A stretch of 64,000 nt of DNA from the human T2T-CHM13v2.0 reference genome, Homo sapiens. The notes under the pieces were generated by a model. The model did no database searches and was not told the DNA's origin. It was given only the letters and a program-made list of their open reading frames with translations. The stretch is taken from NCBI RefSeq assembly GCF_009914755.1, contig NC_060925.1; one strand, written 5' to 3'. The position numbers were made by a program, and so were the translations under genes. This document shows positions 60,057-64,000 of this stretch, piece after piece; within the stretch, counting starts at the first letter, position 1; the number at the start of each line of letters is the position of its first letter.

Positions 60057-63000
60057 GTGAGTTATGACATTTTCATGGTTAACATAAAATCTTGTAGACT
60101 AGATTAGCCCTAAATACTTTTATGCTTCATATCTATTTGAGTTTAATGTTTCTCAGTGTATTATTAATAATTTGACATTGGTATTATTGTATAATAGTCA
60201 ATAAAGTGTAAATGGAGGATGTGAGGTCATTTTGTCATTTTTCTTGTTGTCCTTTATAACTCTATACTTAAGAACTCTGTAATCTTCAATCATTGTGAAC
60301 ATTTAAGGAGATTCTTTTTTTTTTTTTTTTTTTTACTTTAAAGTAGTTACTATAAAGTATTAATAGAGGATAGAAGTAAGAGGGAAAAGGAGATATATCT
60401 TAGAAGACTATTTCCTGAGGACTGAGAATAATCAAGGTTCTTTTTCTACCTTTAACTTAACACTTGATGTCTCTTGACTTCATTTTTAGCATGTGAAAAA
60501 TGAAAAGAGTGAACGAGATGATATGAAATGTTTCTTCCAGTTCAGTCATTGTATAATTTTGTAAATGCTCCTGATATTGGCCTGCTAATAGAAACCTTCC
60601 CATTGTAGGAAATAAAGTACTTTGTAGGGCAAAATCATAAAGGCATAATAATTATTTACTTAAAAATTTCCCCAAGGCACTTGCTCATGTGGTTTTTCTT
60701 AAATGCTCTCGTATATAATTTGTAAAACAAGATGTTCACGTAGAACACTGCAGTTGCCTTTACATAAAATGCTCTATAATCTGTGTCATGGGATTAGAGT
60801 CAAAAAAAAAAAAAGCTCTATTAAATGATATTCTGTAGTATAAGATACTCTTTTTGGACCCTCAAGTTATCGAACAGTTTACTCTTTACTAGCATATTTC
60901 TCTGGTGGACACTGCGTATTCCTTGAAAATTATGCCGAAGGGAGTTTTTCCATGTTAAATTAATCAGTTTAGCCTGTGCTTGTTAGAAAAAGTACTTTGA
61001 GATTAAAAATCTCATGTATATACTTCCATTGCTTTCAGCCTGTTTTCTTTCCCTTTTAAAAATGCATTTTCAAAACTTTGATTACATTTCTACTATGTAA
61101 CTACCATTGATGTGATATTCTAATCACCAGTGCTGATTGAGAGTTCTTAGGTATATTAATAATGTTTTCATTTTCATTTTGATTTTCTAATTGGTTTCAG
61201 CAAGACTTCACCAAGTATTTATGTTGATTAAGTTTTAAATTGCCTTAACTATCATCCTTAGTATCTGCCACCTAATGAGTGTGTGTGTGTTTTCATTTGC
61301 ACAAAATAACATACTCCTACATTCATGAGTCATTGGTTCCTTTAAAAATTGGTGTTGGCACAAATTATTCTTAATAGGTGCCAACTTGCCTTTAGAACAA
61401 TTGACCGTTGTTAAGCAAAAGTTTTAGAGGTCATAAGAAAGAAAGAAGCATCAAAAATGTAGGAGAGATTTCTTTAAGGCATTAACAATGCTATAAAAAA
61501 AGGTGAGTTCAGCTCTACTTGTGTTTATTGAAAAGTATCCTTGACATGTACTCTGGAGGTACAAAAGTAAGTATGACATGGTTCTTGTTTTTGTAGCACT
61601 TGCAGTCTAGTGAGGGAAACTAACCAATATAATTTCTGTTTAATATGTAGAAACAAGTGTAGGATTCTATTTCCTAGTTCCATGTCTTCCTCTTTAGTCA
61701 AGAAAATGAAATTGTAGAATTCCTAACACGTTTGAAATAATTGCGAGGTGATGTAAAGAACTGGTGGACAGGTTGAATTAGTGACAGGGTATTAAAAATT
61801 GAGGAAAAAAATTAAAAGACAGTTATTAACCTTGGGATGAATAAAGTAGGCAGTACTGGCATTTAAGATCAGGACAGAAGAGCCTGTAAAGGAGGTATTA
61901 AAGGAATGGTCAGAGATTAAGAAGATAGAAGCATCAGAGATGCGAGGTCCATCAGTTACAAGGCTCCAAGTAACAGAGCATACAGTTTTATAAGAGCAGA
62001 GCTCAGAAATGGAGCAGTTCCATAGTTAGTCAGTAGCCCACGGTTGTCACCAGGCTCCATCTCCTTTTCATCTGTCTACTTTGCCATCTTGACCAGGTGC
62101 TCTTTTCCTCAGCCATGTCTCCTTAAGGTCAGCAGTAGGCTTAAAGAGCTAAACACGATATCCTCATTCAGTTTCATCCAGAGGTGGGAAAAAGGCAGCA
62201 TTTCACTTCCAACTATCCCATTTTATCAGGGAAGGAAAACTTTCCCAGAAAGTCCCCAACAAATTTCCTCTGGATGCCTTTGACAGAATTAGATTACTTA
62301 CCTCTGCCCTGGCTGTGGGGAGTCTAGGAGAGCAAGTATTAGCTGTTTTCTGCCTCTGTACTGGGCGGGGCAGGCTCTGCTAAGCAAGAGTAGGGGAGTA
62401 GAAGTGGCTGTACTTCGTCTGCCACACCAAGGATGAAGGGAAAAACAATCTTTTCTGGAGTATATTTCTGTCTTGTATAATGTTATATTATCTTTCAGGG
62501 AAGGAGCATTTTTAATATTATTGTACTACTAGTTCTTTTGCTTTTGCAAGGAATTATTAGGTAGGTGTTTTCCCACAAATAAGATACCAAATATAAAAAT
62601 ACTTTTGTACATAAGTAGCCTCAGTTTGTACCAGAATTAGTAGCCTATAGTTACTTGATTGGAAAACACAGCTCTGAACTCAGTTTCAGAGAATGAAATG
62701 TGGAAGCTTAATTTTCATAGCAAAGTGATTTTATGTATGAGTATTTAAATATTTTAGGGGCTTTGAGTAAATTACAAGTGCCTCATTTGGTGTCTCATAC
62801 TAATCAAAATACCTGTACAAAATAAAGCCTACATTTAAATAAATTTGAAAAAATCCTGGAGCGCATTTATTTGATGTAAGTTATAGGCCTATCTGGTTGT
62901 AACTGTATTACAAACTGAACTACGAAACCTCTTGGCTACAAATGGCTTGATATAACAGCTATTGTAGTTTTAAATTGTATTTTAAACTCTTAGTTACTTG

Positions 63001-63549
63001 AAAGAAAGGGAAATTGCTAACTGCTAGGGAACTATGGGTAAACAAATCCAGAGCAGTAGGTGTCTGAGCTGATAAGTGGCATTTGGAAAAATGGGGACAG
63101 GGTGTTTGAGGTATAATGGTTTCCTGGACCTGGTACTTGCTAAGGGCTTGGATTTCCAGGGTAAGAAATTAACATTGTAACTGGTTCGATAAAGGAGGTT
63201 AGGTAAATACAAAATATTGAGATCCCCTGTTTGCTTCTTCTGAGGAATTCTCAGAGCACAGGTTGCAAGGTGCGTATTTTCCAGGCAAGAAATTGGAAGT
63301 CTTTCGGGGTAATCTAATCATTTAGGGAGAAAAAGCTTATAAAAACTGCTGCCAGGTTTTTCCAAGGAAACAAACTCCCTGGCCATGTCACCCTAGAGGA
63401 AAATATCATAATCCGTAAAGCCCGATCGGTGGAGCTTTCAATGGCTTTTTAAATAAGAGCAGATATCCAAGGATCCCAGGATATTTAAAGAAGACATCTA
63501 ATGTGCACATGAGGGACCAGAACTAATATGCAGGAAAGAAGGCAATGTG

Positions 63550-64000
63550 ACTATGAAAGGAAATGAAAATTAAAATGCAAAAACAAACAAGGAAAATACT
63601 TACAGCTGTTAGCTAATATTCTCAAAGGGAATAGAGAAAATTTTACATCCATGAAATAAGGTATTATTTTAAAAGAAACATATAAAGAACAAAAAATAAC
63701 TCTATGATAGTAGAAAAAAAAGCCCACTAGAAAAAAAATGAAAGATAAAGTTCAATAAATACCCCAGTAGAGCAAAATGACAGACATTGAAAATATGGAA
63801 AATTAGGAGACTCATCCAGTAGGTTCATTTCCAAAATAGTAAACATACTAGAAAAGAGAAAACATAGAAAAGGAACAAAACATAGAAAAGGACAAAAATA
63901 ACTCAAGAAAGTTTTCCCAGAACTGAAAGACATGAATTTCCAGATGGAAAGGATATCCCATGTGCTCAGCACAGTGGGTCCACATCTCTTGAAATTTCGA
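63550..64000 (+). mobile_element. Ancient L1/HAL1 ORF1-like remnant
   Basis: A-rich purine strand with CAAGAAAGTTTTCCCAGAACTGAAAGACATGAATTTCCAGAT (QENFPELKD-like). Confidence 0.5.

Overview
Primate, almost certainly human, genomic DNA lying inside FNBP1L (TOCA-1, an F-BAR protein) on the + strand. The window holds the distal part of intron 1, four coding exons (35222-35337, 57814-57867, 59077-59224, 59994-60056; probably exons 2-5) that splice in frame into the N-terminal F-BAR domain, and the start of the next intron. The rest is mostly interspersed repeats: many Alus, L1/L2 fragments, solo LTRs (MER11, LTR10, THE1/MST, MER21, MLT2), DNA-transposon fossils and a 5S rRNA retropseudogene. The most striking structure is a full-length L1PA3/L1PA2-type element starting at 45344. 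Its target-site duplication (GTAGTCAATC) does not close at the L1 3' end (~51664) but about 800 bp further on, at 52464-52473. The insertion therefore appears to carry a 3' transduction containing an intact tRNA-Cys(GCA) gene with its flanks. An internal ATTAAA plus A10 tract suggests two successive transduction rounds. The L1 was later hit by an AluYa5. Intron 3 also holds a candidate 204-nt poison or alternative exon. Repeat subfamily names and most repeat boundaries were assigned by eye and are approximate.
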